A DNA stretch of 58,603 nt from Solirubrobacteraceae bacterium (GTDB lineage Bacteria > Actinomycetota > Thermoleophilia > Solirubrobacterales > Solirubrobacteraceae). Numbering within the stretch: the first letter of the stretch is position 1; each line of letters begins with the position of its first letter. The DNA lies in contig DASYAP010000172.1 in assembly GCA_036501265.1 (NCBI GenBank), forward strand, positions 1-58,603. Direction: 5' to 3'. Position numbers and translations under genes: made by a program. Of this stretch, positions 29,142-39,205 are shown one piece after another. The notes below the pieces were generated by a model. That model worked only from the letters and a program-made list of their open reading frames with translations. It was not told the DNA's origin and ran no database searches.

Positions 29142-29453
29142 TTAGGCGCTCGAGTAATGCGAGGAATGCGATGCGTGCGAGGCGTGACTGAAATGCCCGC
29201 CACCGCTCGACGAAGTGTGCGACGAGTGCGAACGGTGCGAAGAATGAGAGGAATGCGAGCTGTGCGAAACGTGCCGCCCGGGAGTGGTTGCCGAACTGAC
29301 ATGACTCGGCAACGCGTACAACGTGTGCGAGAGCAACTGAGCGCTCGCGGCGCGCGCGGCATGCTGAGCGGAGACGTTCGCCTGCGCGAGCGCGCCAGCC
29401 GGCGCGATCGCGGCAATCGCCGCCCCGATGGGAACGAGAAAGCTCCTACGCAT
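29142..29453 (-). CDS. hxsA: His-Xaa-Ser repeat precursor HxsA
   Basis: Signal-like N-terminus; HVSHSSHSSHSSHRSHSSHTS-SSGGG-HFSHASHASHSSHYS. Confidence 0.9.
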   Translation of the reverse strand: MRRSFLVPIGAAIAAIAPAGALAQANVSAQHAARAASAQLLSHTLYALPSHVSSATTPGRHVSHSSHSSHSSHRSHSSHTSSSGGGHFSHASHASHSSHYSSA

Positions 29454-29461
29454 CCAAGACG

Positions 29462-29490
29462 AGCGTAGGACGGAGTAGGACAAGAGTCAA
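29462..29490 (-). promoter_or_regulatory. Sigma70-type promoter of hxsA
   Basis: TTGACT-17 bp-TACGCT, 8 nt before the ATG (near-leaderless). Confidence 0.6.
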
Positions 29491-29598
29491 GGCTGGTTGT
29501 CGCAGGAACCGGGCAAGACCACGCGACGGAGCCTCCCCGGTCCAGGTCACCGAGCTCACGGCGCGCCGAAGACCGGACTCCTGGTCGAGAATGCCGGC

Positions 29599-30246
29599 GT
29601 GAGCGTGCCTGCGCGTCCGCCGATCTACCACATCACCCACGTCGACAACCTGGCGCGGATCCTCGCCGACGGTGCGCTCCTATCCGACGCGGTCATGGTC
29701 GAACGGGGCGGGCCAGCGATCACCATCGGGATGAGCGCCATCAAACTGCGTCGGCTTCAGGAGCTGCCCGTCACGGGCCATGCGAACACCCGCGTGGGCG
29801 AATACGTCCCGTTCTACTTCTGCCCGCGCTCAATCATGCTCTACCTCATGTGGAGGGCCAACCATCCCGAACTGACCTACCGGGGTGGACAAGAGCCGAT
29901 CATTCATCTCGAAGCCGACCTCCTGGAGTCGGTCGAGTGGGCGGACGCCCAACCCCGACCCTGGGCGTTCTCGTTGTCGAACGCGGGCGCGTACTACACA
30001 GAGTTCCGCACCTCGCTCGACGATCTCCGCGATGTCGACTGGGCCGCGGTCGATGCCGTTGACTTCCGAAGTCGGGAAGTCAAGGAAGGCAAGCAGGCCG
30101 AGTTCCTGATCTACAAGAGCTTCCCGTGGGAGCTCGTGCGCTCGATCGGCGTCCACTCCGGCGCCGTAGCCCAACAAGTGACTGGCATCCTTGCCGGGGC
30201 CGCCCATATCCCGCCGGTTGCCGTCCGGCCTGATTGGTACTACTAG
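29599..30246 (+). CDS. darT: DarT ssDNA ADP-ribosyltransferase toxin (DUF4433)
   Basis: IYHITHVDNL; YVPFYFCPRSIMLY; SNAGA; KQAEFL. Confidence 0.92.
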   Translation: MSVPARPPIYHITHVDNLARILADGALLSDAVMVERGGPAITIGMSAIKLRRLQELPVTGHANTRVGEYVPFYFCPRSIMLYLMWRANHPELTYRGGQEPIIHLEADLLESVEWADAQPRPWAFSLSNAGAYYTEFRTSLDDLRDVDWAAVDAVDFRSREVKEGKQAEFLIYKSFPWELVRSIGVHSGAVAQQVTGILAGAAHIPPVAVRPDWYY

Positions 30247-30267
30247 GCAGCCTCAGAGGGGAGCGAC

Positions 30268-31314
30268 GTGATCCGCTACGTCCAAGGAGACATACTCGAG
30301 GCCGACGCCGAGGCGCTCGTCAACACCGTCAATTGCGTCGGTGTGATGGGACGTGGAATCGCGCTGCAGTTCAAACGCGCCTACCCCGCGAACTTCAAGG
30401 CGTACGCAGCTGCCTGCAAGCGCGAAGAGGTTCGGCCTGGCCGGATGTTCGTCTTCGAGACTGGCGAACTCACCAACCCGTGCTACATCATCAACTTCCC
30501 GACCAAGGTGCACTGGCGAGGCAAGAGCCGCATCGAGCACATCGAGGCCGGGCTTGACGCGCTGGTGGCCGAGGTTACGGCGCGCGAGATCCGGTCGATC
30601 GCGATCCCGCCGCTTGGGAGCGGACTCGGTGGTCTTGACTGGGCGGAGGTGCGGCCGCTGATCGAGAGGGCGATGACCGAGATCCCGGAGGTCGAGGTGA
30701 CGGTCTTCGAGCCCGCTGGCGCGCCCCACCGCAAACCGGTATCCACAGAGAAACCGCCTCTGACCGCAGCACGGGCTGCCCTTGTCGCCTTGATGGCTCG
30801 CTATCTCCGCGGGCTTCTCGATCCCAGCATGAGTCTGCTCGAGGTGCACAAGCTGATGTACTTCTTGCAGGCCGCGGGACAGCCGCTACAGCTGCGCTTC
30901 GCCAAGGCGTGGTATGGCCCGTTCGCGGAGAACCTGCGCCACGTCCTTCTCGAGGTCGAGGGCCACCTCATCACCGGCTACAGCGGCGAAGGCGACTCGC
31001 CTGACACGATCCTCGAGATCGTCCCTGGAGTTGCTGCAGAGGCCGAAGCGTTCCTCTCTTCCGAGAGCGACACACAGGAGCGGTTCGATCGAGTCGCACG
31101 ACTCGTGGAAGGCTTCGAAACTCCGTACGGGCTGGAGCTGCTTTCGACCGTGCATTGGATTGCGACGGCGGACGGCGTCCATAATCGCGAGCAGATCGCC
31201 GCTGCGGTGTGGGCATGGGACCATCGAAAGCGGCAGTTCACGCCCGAGCAAATCGAGCTCGCGCTTGACCGACTTGAGGAGCTCCGCTGGCTCGACCTCG
31301 GCACCGCTGCGTAG
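30268..31314 (+). CDS. darG: DarG macrodomain antitoxin
   Basis: EALVNTVNCVGVMGRGIALQFK; IINFPTK.HWR; PPLGSGLGGL; GLELLSTVHW. Confidence 0.92.
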   Translation: MIRYVQGDILEADAEALVNTVNCVGVMGRGIALQFKRAYPANFKAYAAACKREEVRPGRMFVFETGELTNPCYIINFPTKVHWRGKSRIEHIEAGLDALVAEVTAREIRSIAIPPLGSGLGGLDWAEVRPLIERAMTEIPEVEVTVFEPAGAPHRKPVSTEKPPLTAARAALVALMARYLRGLLDPSMSLLEVHKLMYFLQAAGQPLQLRFAKAWYGPFAENLRHVLLEVEGHLITGYSGEGDSPDTILEIVPGVAAEAEAFLSSESDTQERFDRVARLVEGFETPYGLELLSTVHWIATADGVHNREQIAAAVWAWDHRKRQFTPEQIELALDRLEELRWLDLGTAA

Positions 31315-31416
31315 GATCTGCTTCTCGGGCGCGCGCGGACTGGATTAGGTACGTCGGTTTGGGTCCCACATCTTGCTCTCAACCCGTGGTTCACGGACAA
31401 TTGAGGCGTGTTGTCT

Positions 31417-31722
31417 ATGGACATCCCGACGGCGGACGAACTGCCGGAGGACTTCAGCCTCTATTTCGAGCCCAGCGCTGGGACTGTGATCCTGCCTCTC
31501 ACCCTGTTGGTCGCCTCCAAGCCTCCAGAGACACAGCCAGGCTCCGTATCGAAGGCGGCGGCGCTGATGCGGGCCGCGGCTGACGGCACGGTCCCGCGAC
31601 GCCGGCCGATTACCGTGCGGCCGCTCCCGGGAGGGAAATACTTGATTGTCGATGGCAACGCGACGTACGGAGCAGCTCTCCGTGCAGGTTGGTCATCGAT
31701 CCCGGCGACGGTGGAAACATAG
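31417..31722 (+). CDS. Small ParB/Srx-like domain protein
   Basis: RPITVRPLPGGKYLIVDGN...AALRAGWSSIPA. Confidence 0.65.
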   Translation: MDIPTADELPEDFSLYFEPSAGTVILPLTLLVASKPPETQPGSVSKAAALMRAAADGTVPRRRPITVRPLPGGKYLIVDGNATYGAALRAGWSSIPATVET

Positions 31723-31724
31723 AG

Positions 31725-32756
31725 ATGAACGTAGGAACGCTCGAAATCGAAGCACTGATCGTTCACGACGTTCCGCTTCACAAGGTCGGCGCAACCGACA
31801 ACGAAGAGATCGACCTAAGCGAAGTCCCAAGCGAGCTCGACACCGATGTTCGCAATCTCTTCACCGAGCGGCTCAAGCGCAGCTTGACGAAGAACCACTA
31901 CGAAGTTGAGCGGGACACAACGAGTACCTCGCCTGTCCCCGACCTCATGGAGAACGTCGTGAACGCCTCCACGGCGAAGCTCGAGGAAGTTCTCGTCGCT
32001 GCGTCGCAGACAATGGCGCAACACCTATTCTCTACTCAGACCGGTTCGAACAACGCTGCTCTGCTGATCGTGTGTCGCGCCAAAGTTGATGGGAAGCCAG
32101 CGGCGACGATCATGAAGCTCGAAAGGGAAGACGCACTCCATCTCCGACACGCAGCCCCGAAGGGGAAGCGCACCTTCGGCATGAACTATCTTCGCGATCT
32201 GATGCTCGGCAAGAACACCAAGGTGTTCAAGGCAGCGCTGTTCACTTTCTCGAACGGCAAGCTCGATGGGATCGTCTCCGACAATCAGAAGAGCGACCCC
32301 AGCAAGGAAGTCGCAGACTTCTTTCTCCATCGGTTCCTCGGAGCGCAGCTCAAAACCGCGCCCGATGTCGCGACGAAGAGCCTCTTTGTCGCGACGCAAG
32401 GCTTCATCAACACTCTCCCGAACCCTGAAAAACAGGCGCGGTACGAGATCGCTCTCCTTGCGACGATGAACAGCCCAACGAAGAGCCTCAAATTCGGCGC
32501 GATCGGTTCCCAGTTCGATACTCAGGACCGGAAGCCCTACGAGCAATACCTGATACAGGCGGATGCACCGACCGGGTCATTCGACAAGGACACCCGTTTG
32601 ATCGCGGCGCAACTCAAGCAGTTGGTGTTCGGGTTCAAGAAGACGCGCTTGCGCCTCTCAGGGCCATACGAGGAAGTGCAGAAGGTCGTGAAACACAAAC
32701 AGGGCAAGACTGAGATCGACGACGAAGTGAAGGACGTTCGTGGCGGCAGCCGGTAG
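31725..32756 (+). CDS. Nucleoid-associated protein (YejK/NdpA, NA37-like)
   Basis: IEALIVHDV; IMKLE; KVFKAALF; VADFFLHRFLG; starts 2 nt after the ParB-like stop. Confidence 0.65.
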   Translation: MNVGTLEIEALIVHDVPLHKVGATDNEEIDLSEVPSELDTDVRNLFTERLKRSLTKNHYEVERDTTSTSPVPDLMENVVNASTAKLEEVLVAASQTMAQHLFSTQTGSNNAALLIVCRAKVDGKPAATIMKLEREDALHLRHAAPKGKRTFGMNYLRDLMLGKNTKVFKAALFTFSNGKLDGIVSDNQKSDPSKEVADFFLHRFLGAQLKTAPDVATKSLFVATQGFINTLPNPEKQARYEIALLATMNSPTKSLKFGAIGSQFDTQDRKPYEQYLIQADAPTGSFDKDTRLIAAQLKQLVFGFKKTRLRLSGPYEEVQKVVKHKQGKTEIDDEVKDVRGGSR

Positions 32757-33738
32757 CTACGCAGACGTCGCCGAAGCCTACGCCGCCGAACGAGACAAAT
32801 ACCAACGCCTGGCGAAACTCATCGCGGCGGCGGTCGAGGTCGACCTACACGCACAGCACCTCGAGGTGGTCGTTCAGCATCGAGCCAAAGACGTTCGAAG
32901 CTTCGTCAAGAAAGCGCTTAGGGAAGGCTACTCCGATCCGCTCGGACAGATCGGCGACAAGGCCGGCGTACGCGTAATCGTCCACTACAAGGCCGACGTT
33001 CCTGCGGTCGAAAAGATCGTCGAAGCGCACTGCGAAGTTTACGAACGCGAGTCCAAGCTCGATGCCCTGGCCTTCGACAAACTCGGCTATCTTGGAGTAC
33101 ACCTCGGCGTCACGGCACGGACGAAGCTGCTGGGAGCCAAGAACGCTGATCTCGCTGGTCTCAAAGCCGAGGTGCAGATTCACACAAAGGCCCAGAGCGC
33201 CTGGGCGGTCGTTTCGCACGACCTGCTCTACAAGTCTGCGCTTGACGTGCCGTCCGATCTCAAGCGCACAATTACACGCCTCGTTGCGCTGGTCGAGCTC
33301 TTTGACGACGAAGTCGCTCGCTTCCAGGAGCAGCTCCGCCAGCATCCCGACTTCGCTGAAATGCAAACGCTTCAACCGCTAGATGACCTCTTCATCGAGT
33401 TCACCGACCACAGACCGGATAAGGCGCTTTCCGCGATGGTCGTGCCGCCGCTTGTGCGGCTGTACGGACTCGACGCCGCCGAACTCGTCGCGAGCGTCAT
33501 TCGGCCCTTCGTCGAGGCACACCGAGCGCAGCTCGAAGCCATCTATGCGCAATACGCTGCCGACGAACGAGCCACCCCACTGCTCTTCCAACCCGAAGCG
33601 CTGTTGATTTTCGCGAGCCTTGAAGAGGACGCATACCGAGTGCGCGAGGCATGGCCGTCGCACGTCCTGCCGGTTGATCTGCTCGAGGCTATGGCAAACA
33701 TCTGGGGCATCGACCTGCAAGACTTCGACGGCACCTAG
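32740..33738 (+). CDS. RelA/SpoT-type small alarmone synthetase-like nucleotidyltransferase
   Basis: RAKD..SF..K; DKAGVRVI; GYLGVH; EVQIHT..Q.AWA..SHDLLYK. Confidence 0.85.
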   Translation: MAAAGSYADVAEAYAAERDKYQRLAKLIAAAVEVDLHAQHLEVVVQHRAKDVRSFVKKALREGYSDPLGQIGDKAGVRVIVHYKADVPAVEKIVEAHCEVYERESKLDALAFDKLGYLGVHLGVTARTKLLGAKNADLAGLKAEVQIHTKAQSAWAVVSHDLLYKSALDVPSDLKRTITRLVALVELFDDEVARFQEQLRQHPDFAEMQTLQPLDDLFIEFTDHRPDKALSAMVVPPLVRLYGLDAAELVASVIRPFVEAHRAQLEAIYAQYAADERATPLLFQPEALLIFASLEEDAYRVREAWPSHVLPVDLLEAMANIWGIDLQDFDGT

Positions 33739-33947
33739 GCAACGGAGTCTCGGAGCGAGGTCGCGTCGTCATGCCCCGTTGCGCAGGCCTCGACGAAGCT
33801 GCTGTAATCCGGAGCCGATGGCGGCAAGGAGCTCCGGAAGACTATGCGCGAGCCCGCTACGTGAACATATGCGGAAACAAACTCGCCTCCGACTAGTAGA
33901 GCAGGAGAAGTCAACTCGTTAGGGCATAGAGGGGGTCGGCACTTCCG

Positions 33948-35264
33948 ATGAGCTTTCTCGATAACTACAGAGGGGAGCACGCGGACCGCCAGCCGCCGCC
34001 GCGGGTCTACGCCTGCGTCGACTCGATCGAGCCGATCGAGCCCGGTGGGGATGGCGGCGCCGATATCCCGCCCGACCTTGGCGTCCGACGGCCGGAAGAC
34101 GATCTCGTGTTGCTCGATAGTGTCGACGCCGACTGGTTCGATCGAACCGAAGGGTCACTCGTTGAGTTGAGCGACGAAGCCGACTGGAACGTCTCGGTCA
34201 TCGCCACGACGCGTACTGCTCTTGAGCCGTTCGTGTCGCACGAACTTCTCGCTGAAGGCGCGTGGCTCGAGGTATCGCTCGACCCGCCTCGTCTGGGAGC
34301 AGGAGCGCTCCACTATCTGAATCTGTACGGGCCGCCCGATGAGCAGAGCATCCGCTCCGTCCGCCCACTACCCGACCTTGACCCGGAGCTTGCGCGTCGA
34401 ACGAGTATGGATCAGGTTGCCGATGCGAGCGAGGAGGAACTTGAGCGTGCCCTCCCGCGATTTCGAGTTGATGGCGCGGCCGCCTACGACGTCGGCCAAG
34501 GTAACTGTAACGCCCTTCTCCAAGATGGAGTTCCACGGCTGTATTTCGATTTCGGTGGCGGTGTGATCGGCAACCGCAGAAGCTTCCCCGCCGCCTTGCA
34601 AGCCTTCTGTCTCGGTGCCGACCCGACGATCGTCCTCTCTCACTGGGACTGGGATCATTGGTCCTCTGCTAATCGCCAACCAGACTCATACGAGCAAACG
34701 TGGATCGTCCCGCGCCAACAGAAGACGCTCCGGCCCGTCCACGCGACTTTCCTGGGGAGGCTGCTGCGGCATCGCCGCGTTCTTGTCTGGCCGGACTCGC
34801 TGCAGATTCTTTCGCGCGGCGACTACCGGCTGATCAAGTGCCTCGGGTCGCCCCGCAGCACGAATGACAGTGGCTTGGCGCTCATCGCCGAGCACCACGC
34901 GGGCAATGAGAAGCTACGCATGCTCTTCCCGGGTGACGCTTGTTACGACTACATCCCATCGAGCTGCGATACGCCTCTCGTCGCGCTCGTGGCCGCGCAT
35001 CACGGGGCCAACGTGGGTGCGCGACAGATTCCCCAACCCGCTGGAGACGATGCGACGCTTGTGTATTCCTACGGAGCGGGCAACAGCTATCCGCACCCGT
35101 CCCCGGCCGGTCGAGCCGTCCACAGCGGCTGGCAGCACGTCCTTGAGACCGCGCACCGCAACCCGGACCTCGGCCACGCCCATTTGTACTGGCATGTGGG
35201 CGCGAGCGACGCGACCCCACCGTGCGGTGGAAACGACTGTCAGCTCACTTGCCACCAGCGATAG
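33948..35264 (+). CDS. MBL-fold hydrolase (ComEC/Rec2-like)
   Basis: DVGQGN; LSHWDWDH; GDA; AHHG; SYG.GNSY.HP. Confidence 0.85.
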   Translation: MSFLDNYRGEHADRQPPPRVYACVDSIEPIEPGGDGGADIPPDLGVRRPEDDLVLLDSVDADWFDRTEGSLVELSDEADWNVSVIATTRTALEPFVSHELLAEGAWLEVSLDPPRLGAGALHYLNLYGPPDEQSIRSVRPLPDLDPELARRTSMDQVADASEEELERALPRFRVDGAAAYDVGQGNCNALLQDGVPRLYFDFGGGVIGNRRSFPAALQAFCLGADPTIVLSHWDWDHWSSANRQPDSYEQTWIVPRQQKTLRPVHATFLGRLLRHRRVLVWPDSLQILSRGDYRLIKCLGSPRSTNDSGLALIAEHHAGNEKLRMLFPGDACYDYIPSSCDTPLVALVAAHHGANVGARQIPQPAGDDATLVYSYGAGNSYPHPSPAGRAVHSGWQHVLETAHRNPDLGHAHLYWHVGASDATPPCGGNDCQLTCHQR

Positions 35265-35590
35265 GCGATCCGCGAACGGGTCGCGCAGCGACCGTCGAGG
35301 CGCTGAAGTGCCGCGCATGAGGAGCAGCTCCGCCACCGAAAGAACATCGCAACGCCCTAGTAGGCATCGGTGACGTCGTACTAGGCGGCATGTCTATTGG
35401 GCTCGTCTCGAGTAGCCATCGGCTGCGACAAGGCCTCCACCCTCCCACGCACCTCACCATGCGCGCATGAGAGAGTGCCGTCGACGAGGGCAAGTAAGTC
35501 GTTCGCCGACACGTAATGCCGCTCGACCGTGTGCTGTGAGCTGTCGTTTGCGGCCCGTTAGTTTCTCGAGTGCGGAGGGCGAAAGAGCTT

Positions 35591-36979
35591 ATGGCGCAGC
35601 GCAAGACGCTGAACGAGGTGCAGGTCGCGGTCCTTCGCTGGATCAGTGACGGCTGTGCGGATGGACGGGTAGCTGATGTTGTGTCGGCGCGGATCTCGGC
35701 GGCGGCGTTGCGCAACCGCGGCTTTGTCACGACGTCAGGACACGGACCGGGATGGAGAGCAGCGATCACCGCGACGGGTTCGGAGTACCTGAAGCAGGTC
35801 GACAGCGCGGATCCGCCTCCTCTGCGTCAGCCGAACGTGTCTGTGACCAAGCAGCTGGTCAACGATGTGATCGCTGCCGGCGGCTCGTTGCGGGTGCCGC
35901 GGAAGCGCTGGGGCGAGAATGGCATCGACTACGCGCACCGCGCGAGGCTTGCTGAGAGCTACGGCAAGGTTCCGGCAGGGAGCGTGCTGCGGGTAACGCA
36001 AGCGTCGGGCGATGAGCTTGTGATCGAGCTGGTAGGCAACGGCAACGGCAGCGGCGGAGTCGATGGAAGCGAGCAAGCAGTGGAGCTGGCCGCTGTTCCG
36101 GTCCCGGCGCGGTTAACCAAGTACCACCCGGTGGCGCGTGAGTTCCGCGATCGCACGAACTTGCAGGAGGTGTCGCGCAAGGCGCTGCCGCGGGTGTTGC
36201 GCATCGTGCACGCGCTTGCGACCGAGGCGGAACGGCGCGGCTACCAGGTCTCCTGCGTCAATGCGCGCGAGGACGGCTACGGCCGGTCGGAATGGAAGCC
36301 CTCCCAGGACGGGCAGCTCACCTTCACGATTGACGGTCACCAGTTGAAGGTGCGGATCTGGGAGAAGGGCGCCGGCCAGCGAGGACCTTACGAGCACCAG
36401 ATGAAGCGATGGAAGCGGGACCGCGAGCAGCCGCCCCGGTTCATGCACTTTGTTGATCGGCCGAAGCCCTATGACACGGGCGCGACCGGCGAGCTGAACA
36501 TTGAGGCGCTCGGAAGTTCGTATGGGCGGCAAGCAAGCTGGGGCGACCGAACCCGCTGGAAACTCGAGGACAAGCTCCCCAACCTTCTGGGCGAACTGGA
36601 GATCGAAGCGGTCGAAGCCGAAGAGCGGCGGCTAGCGCACGAGCGTGAGCAGGCCGAGCGGCAGCGGCAGTGGGAGGCTGCGATGGAGCGTGCGAAGCGG
36701 CGTGTGGTCGAAGAGCACCGGCTCGAGGTTCTCCGCAGCCGCGTACGCGCCTGGCAGGAGGCCGACGCAATCCGCGCGTACTGCGATGCCGTTGAGACCC
36801 AACACGGCGCCGACACCGTCGCCGCCGACCTCGATGCCGAGGAGTGGCTCGCGCTCGCGCGCGAACACGCCGACCGAGCACAGCAGCTCCCACGAATGCC
36901 GGCCGACCCGGAGATCACACACGAACGCCTCAAACCATTCCTCGGTCGATGGAGCCCATACGGACCGCAGGGCTGGTAA
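35591..36979 (+). CDS. Hypothetical protein with N-terminal wHTH-like segment and C-terminal coiled coil
   Basis: Long clean ORF; LNEVQVAVLRWI...ALRNRGFV. Confidence 0.7.
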   Translation: MAQRKTLNEVQVAVLRWISDGCADGRVADVVSARISAAALRNRGFVTTSGHGPGWRAAITATGSEYLKQVDSADPPPLRQPNVSVTKQLVNDVIAAGGSLRVPRKRWGENGIDYAHRARLAESYGKVPAGSVLRVTQASGDELVIELVGNGNGSGGVDGSEQAVELAAVPVPARLTKYHPVAREFRDRTNLQEVSRKALPRVLRIVHALATEAERRGYQVSCVNAREDGYGRSEWKPSQDGQLTFTIDGHQLKVRIWEKGAGQRGPYEHQMKRWKRDREQPPRFMHFVDRPKPYDTGATGELNIEALGSSYGRQASWGDRTRWKLEDKLPNLLGELEIEAVEAEERRLAHEREQAERQRQWEAAMERAKRRVVEEHRLEVLRSRVRAWQEADAIRAYCDAVETQHGADTVAADLDAEEWLALAREHADRAQQLPRMPADPEITHERLKPFLGRWSPYGPQGW

Positions 36980-37013
36980 CCCGCCTCGAAGGTTGTTGGT
37001 TTCGCGGAGCGGT

Positions 37014-38228
37014 CTACTCGGCGGGTTCTGGTGGGGCGACGATTAGCTGGCCGAAGTTGGCTGAGAGTTCGTTGCGCATACGAGCAGCGTGTTTCGCTTG
37101 GTCGAGAAGGTGCGTGTAGATGCGCAAAGTGGTGGCGGGACTGGCGTGACCAAGCTGGCGGCTGATGAAGACGATGTCGAGGCCTTGCGCGATAAGCAGG
37201 CTCGCGAAGGTGTGGCGGCAGTCGTGCAGGACCGGCTTCTGCTCGCGCCCGTCCATCGCAAGGTTGGCGCGCTTGAGAGTCGCGTTGAATCCTGTTGTTT
37301 CGACACTGCGCCAGTTGAGCGGCCTGCCGTCGATCCCCGTGAAGACGTAGTCGTGCGGCTCCGAGTAGCGGCAGCCGCTCCGATGTCCCTGGAGCACCTG
37401 GGCAAGCTCAGGCATGAGGACGACATCGCGCAGCCCGGCGTCGCTCTTTAGTGGGCGCAGCTCTCCGGTTCGGCTGAGTTGCGCCCGGACATGGATCTCG
37501 CCGCTCTCGAAATCGATGTCCTGCCACCGCAACGCCAGCAGCTCCATCAGCCGAAGCCCGGAGAAGATCGCCGTCGCGAGCAGCACCCGGTAAGGCGGCT
37601 TGGCGGCGGCGAGAAGCGCCTTGATTTCGTCCCGCTGGAACGCGCGCTGCGGCCGTCGACTCGTGCGCGGTCGCTCCCGCGCCTCCAAGGCAGCGACCGG
37701 ATTCGCAGCCACAAACCCATGCCGGGCCGCCCACGAACAGAGGCTCGAAAGCGTCGTCAAGACATTCTGGGTGGTCCAGCCAGCCCGGCCGGACGCCTCC
37801 ATATCGGCGACCAGCTTGGCGACATCGTCAGTTGTGACCAGTCGCGCCTTGCGCGTTCCAAACCGCGGCCGTAGATGCGTGCGCAGGTTTGCCTCGTAAC
37901 GCTCCCGCGTCCGCTCGCTCAACCGCAGCTGCGACAGCCACAGATCCGCCAGCTCATCGAAGCGGAGACCACTTCCGTCCACACGCTCCCCATCGGCAAG
38001 CCGAACCTTGATTCGGACGAGCTCTCGCTCGGCCTCATCGAGGTTGTCGTGGCCGGGGATCGTCTGCCAGCGACGGCGACCATCTGAATCCAGATAGCTC
38101 ACCTCGTACCGGCGCACCCGCCGGCGCTTCCCCTCACGGTCGACCGACACCTCTCGGAAGTAGATCCCCGGCTTACCCTGAACGGCCTTTCGCCGAGGAG
38201 AACGGGATGCAGCTTCGTCGATCGCCAC
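37014..38228 (-). CDS. Tyrosine integrase of element C
   Basis: SGLRLMELLALRW; LKS; LHDCRH; LGHASPATTLRIYTH. Confidence 0.95.
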   Translation of the reverse strand: MAIDEAASRSPRRKAVQGKPGIYFREVSVDREGKRRRVRRYEVSYLDSDGRRRWQTIPGHDNLDEAERELVRIKVRLADGERVDGSGLRFDELADLWLSQLRLSERTRERYEANLRTHLRPRFGTRKARLVTTDDVAKLVADMEASGRAGWTTQNVLTTLSSLCSWAARHGFVAANPVAALEARERPRTSRRPQRAFQRDEIKALLAAAKPPYRVLLATAIFSGLRLMELLALRWQDIDFESGEIHVRAQLSRTGELRPLKSDAGLRDVVLMPELAQVLQGHRSGCRYSEPHDYVFTGIDGRPLNWRSVETTGFNATLKRANLAMDGREQKPVLHDCRHTFASLLIAQGLDIVFISRQLGHASPATTLRIYTHLLDQAKHAARMRNELSANFGQLIVAPPEPAE

Positions 38229-38416
38229 GCGCGTACCTCGACCATCAAGCTGCCCGCCAGCCGTCTCCTCTACACCGAGAGGCCGACGCCGTCCGAACCA
38301 CGTAGTCAGGGCTTCCGCGAAGCTTCCTCTACCTTTGCCGAGACAGCTCGCGTTTCCACAGCGACTCGATGCGCGCCGGCGCAGGAAACGAAAACATGCG
38401 ATTTGCGGCAGCTTCT

Positions 38417-38458
38417 AACGGGAGCGACGGGGGTCGCTCCCCGAATATACACCTCATG
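38417..38458. repeat. Left att junction of element B
   Basis: aacgggagcgacggg, then ggtcgctccccga-atatacacctcat; same spacing as the junction at 384. Confidence 0.85.
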
Positions 38459-38499
38459 AAATCGAGATCAGGCTCTAGACAGCCCCTCCTTACCATCTG

Positions 38500-38700
38500 A
38501 CGACCTGTCGGCGATCCCGTGCCCGTAACACAGGCCGTCGTCTACTTTCGGTCGCGCAGGTCGAGCTTGGCGAAGATGCGCGCGACGTGCGTTTTCGTGA
38601 GTGCCGTCGCTGACGACGAGCTCGCTGGGGATCTCTGCATTGGTGGGGGCGAGGAGGACGAGCACCCCACGTTCGCGGGCGGTCAGTGCCTCGAGCTCGC
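38500..38700 (-). pseudogene. Frameshifted LuxR-HTH fragment
   Basis: ALTARERGVLVLLAPTNAEI..ELVVSDGT / KTHVARIFAKLDLRDR*. Confidence 0.6.
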
Positions 38701-38818
38701 GGTGGTCGAGTACATCGGCTGGTACAACGCCGCCCGCTAGCACGAGAGCCTACCGCCGCTCGAAGGGCCAACGGTGTGGCCCACCCAACCCGGCCCCGGT
38801 CAAAGCCGGTCCGGCTCA
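38690..38818 (+). mobile_element. IS3-family right-end remnant
   Basis: LELAVVEYIGWYNAAR*HESL; ends ccggtcaaagccggtccggctca, matching the repeats at 9861 and 13812. Confidence 0.6.
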
Positions 38819-38912
38819 CCTGCGGGCATGTTTGTGTTGTCTTTCTGGCGGGTAGCCGTCCCTATTCGCAGTCTTGCAATAGCTGCATCGCCATCTGCCG
38901 ACGGGGGATGTG

Positions 38913-39146
38913 ATGACTGGGAGTAGAGAAAGTCTGTTGGCTCAAGTGTCCGACGAACTCTTCGACTTGGTTGTGGCCCGCAAGGGCCGACCAACTGAAC
39001 TCGCGGAGCTTGCTGGTTGTGGTGGTTGCGGGATCTGCGGAACATGCAGCTGCGCGCCCCCGAGCTGCGCAGCATGCGGAGGCGCATGCGAATGCCGCGC
39101 TGCATTCGTCCCGACACTGCCGTTAGCCTCCCCGGACAGTTGCTGA
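38913..39146 (+). CDS. Cys-rich azole RiPP precursor (77 aa)
   Basis: Leader with DELFDL; core GCGGCGICGTCSCAPPSCAACGGACEC...SC (10 Cys); first gene of the YcaO operon. Confidence 0.85.
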   Translation: MTGSRESLLAQVSDELFDLVVARKGRPTELAELAGCGGCGICGTCSCAPPSCAACGGACECRAAFVPTLPLASPDSC

Positions 39147-39205
39147 TAGTGACGGAAAGCTGTTCGCCCCGTCAGAGCGCCTCATAAGGCGAGCAGGCGC
39201 TCTAG

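Larger units (their letters stand above)
22338..38431. mobile_element. Element C: tyrosine-integrase island, ~16 kb
   Basis: tRNA half to the anticodon loop at one end; integrase next to the tRNA 3'-end copy at the other; cgtttccac near both ends (22499, 38351). Confidence 0.8.

Noticed and set aside
29142-29280. 9-bp periodic repeat as CRISPR or VNTR
   Set aside because: It encodes the HxS repeats of HxsA. No repeat-spacer array or cas gene is visible anywhere in the window.
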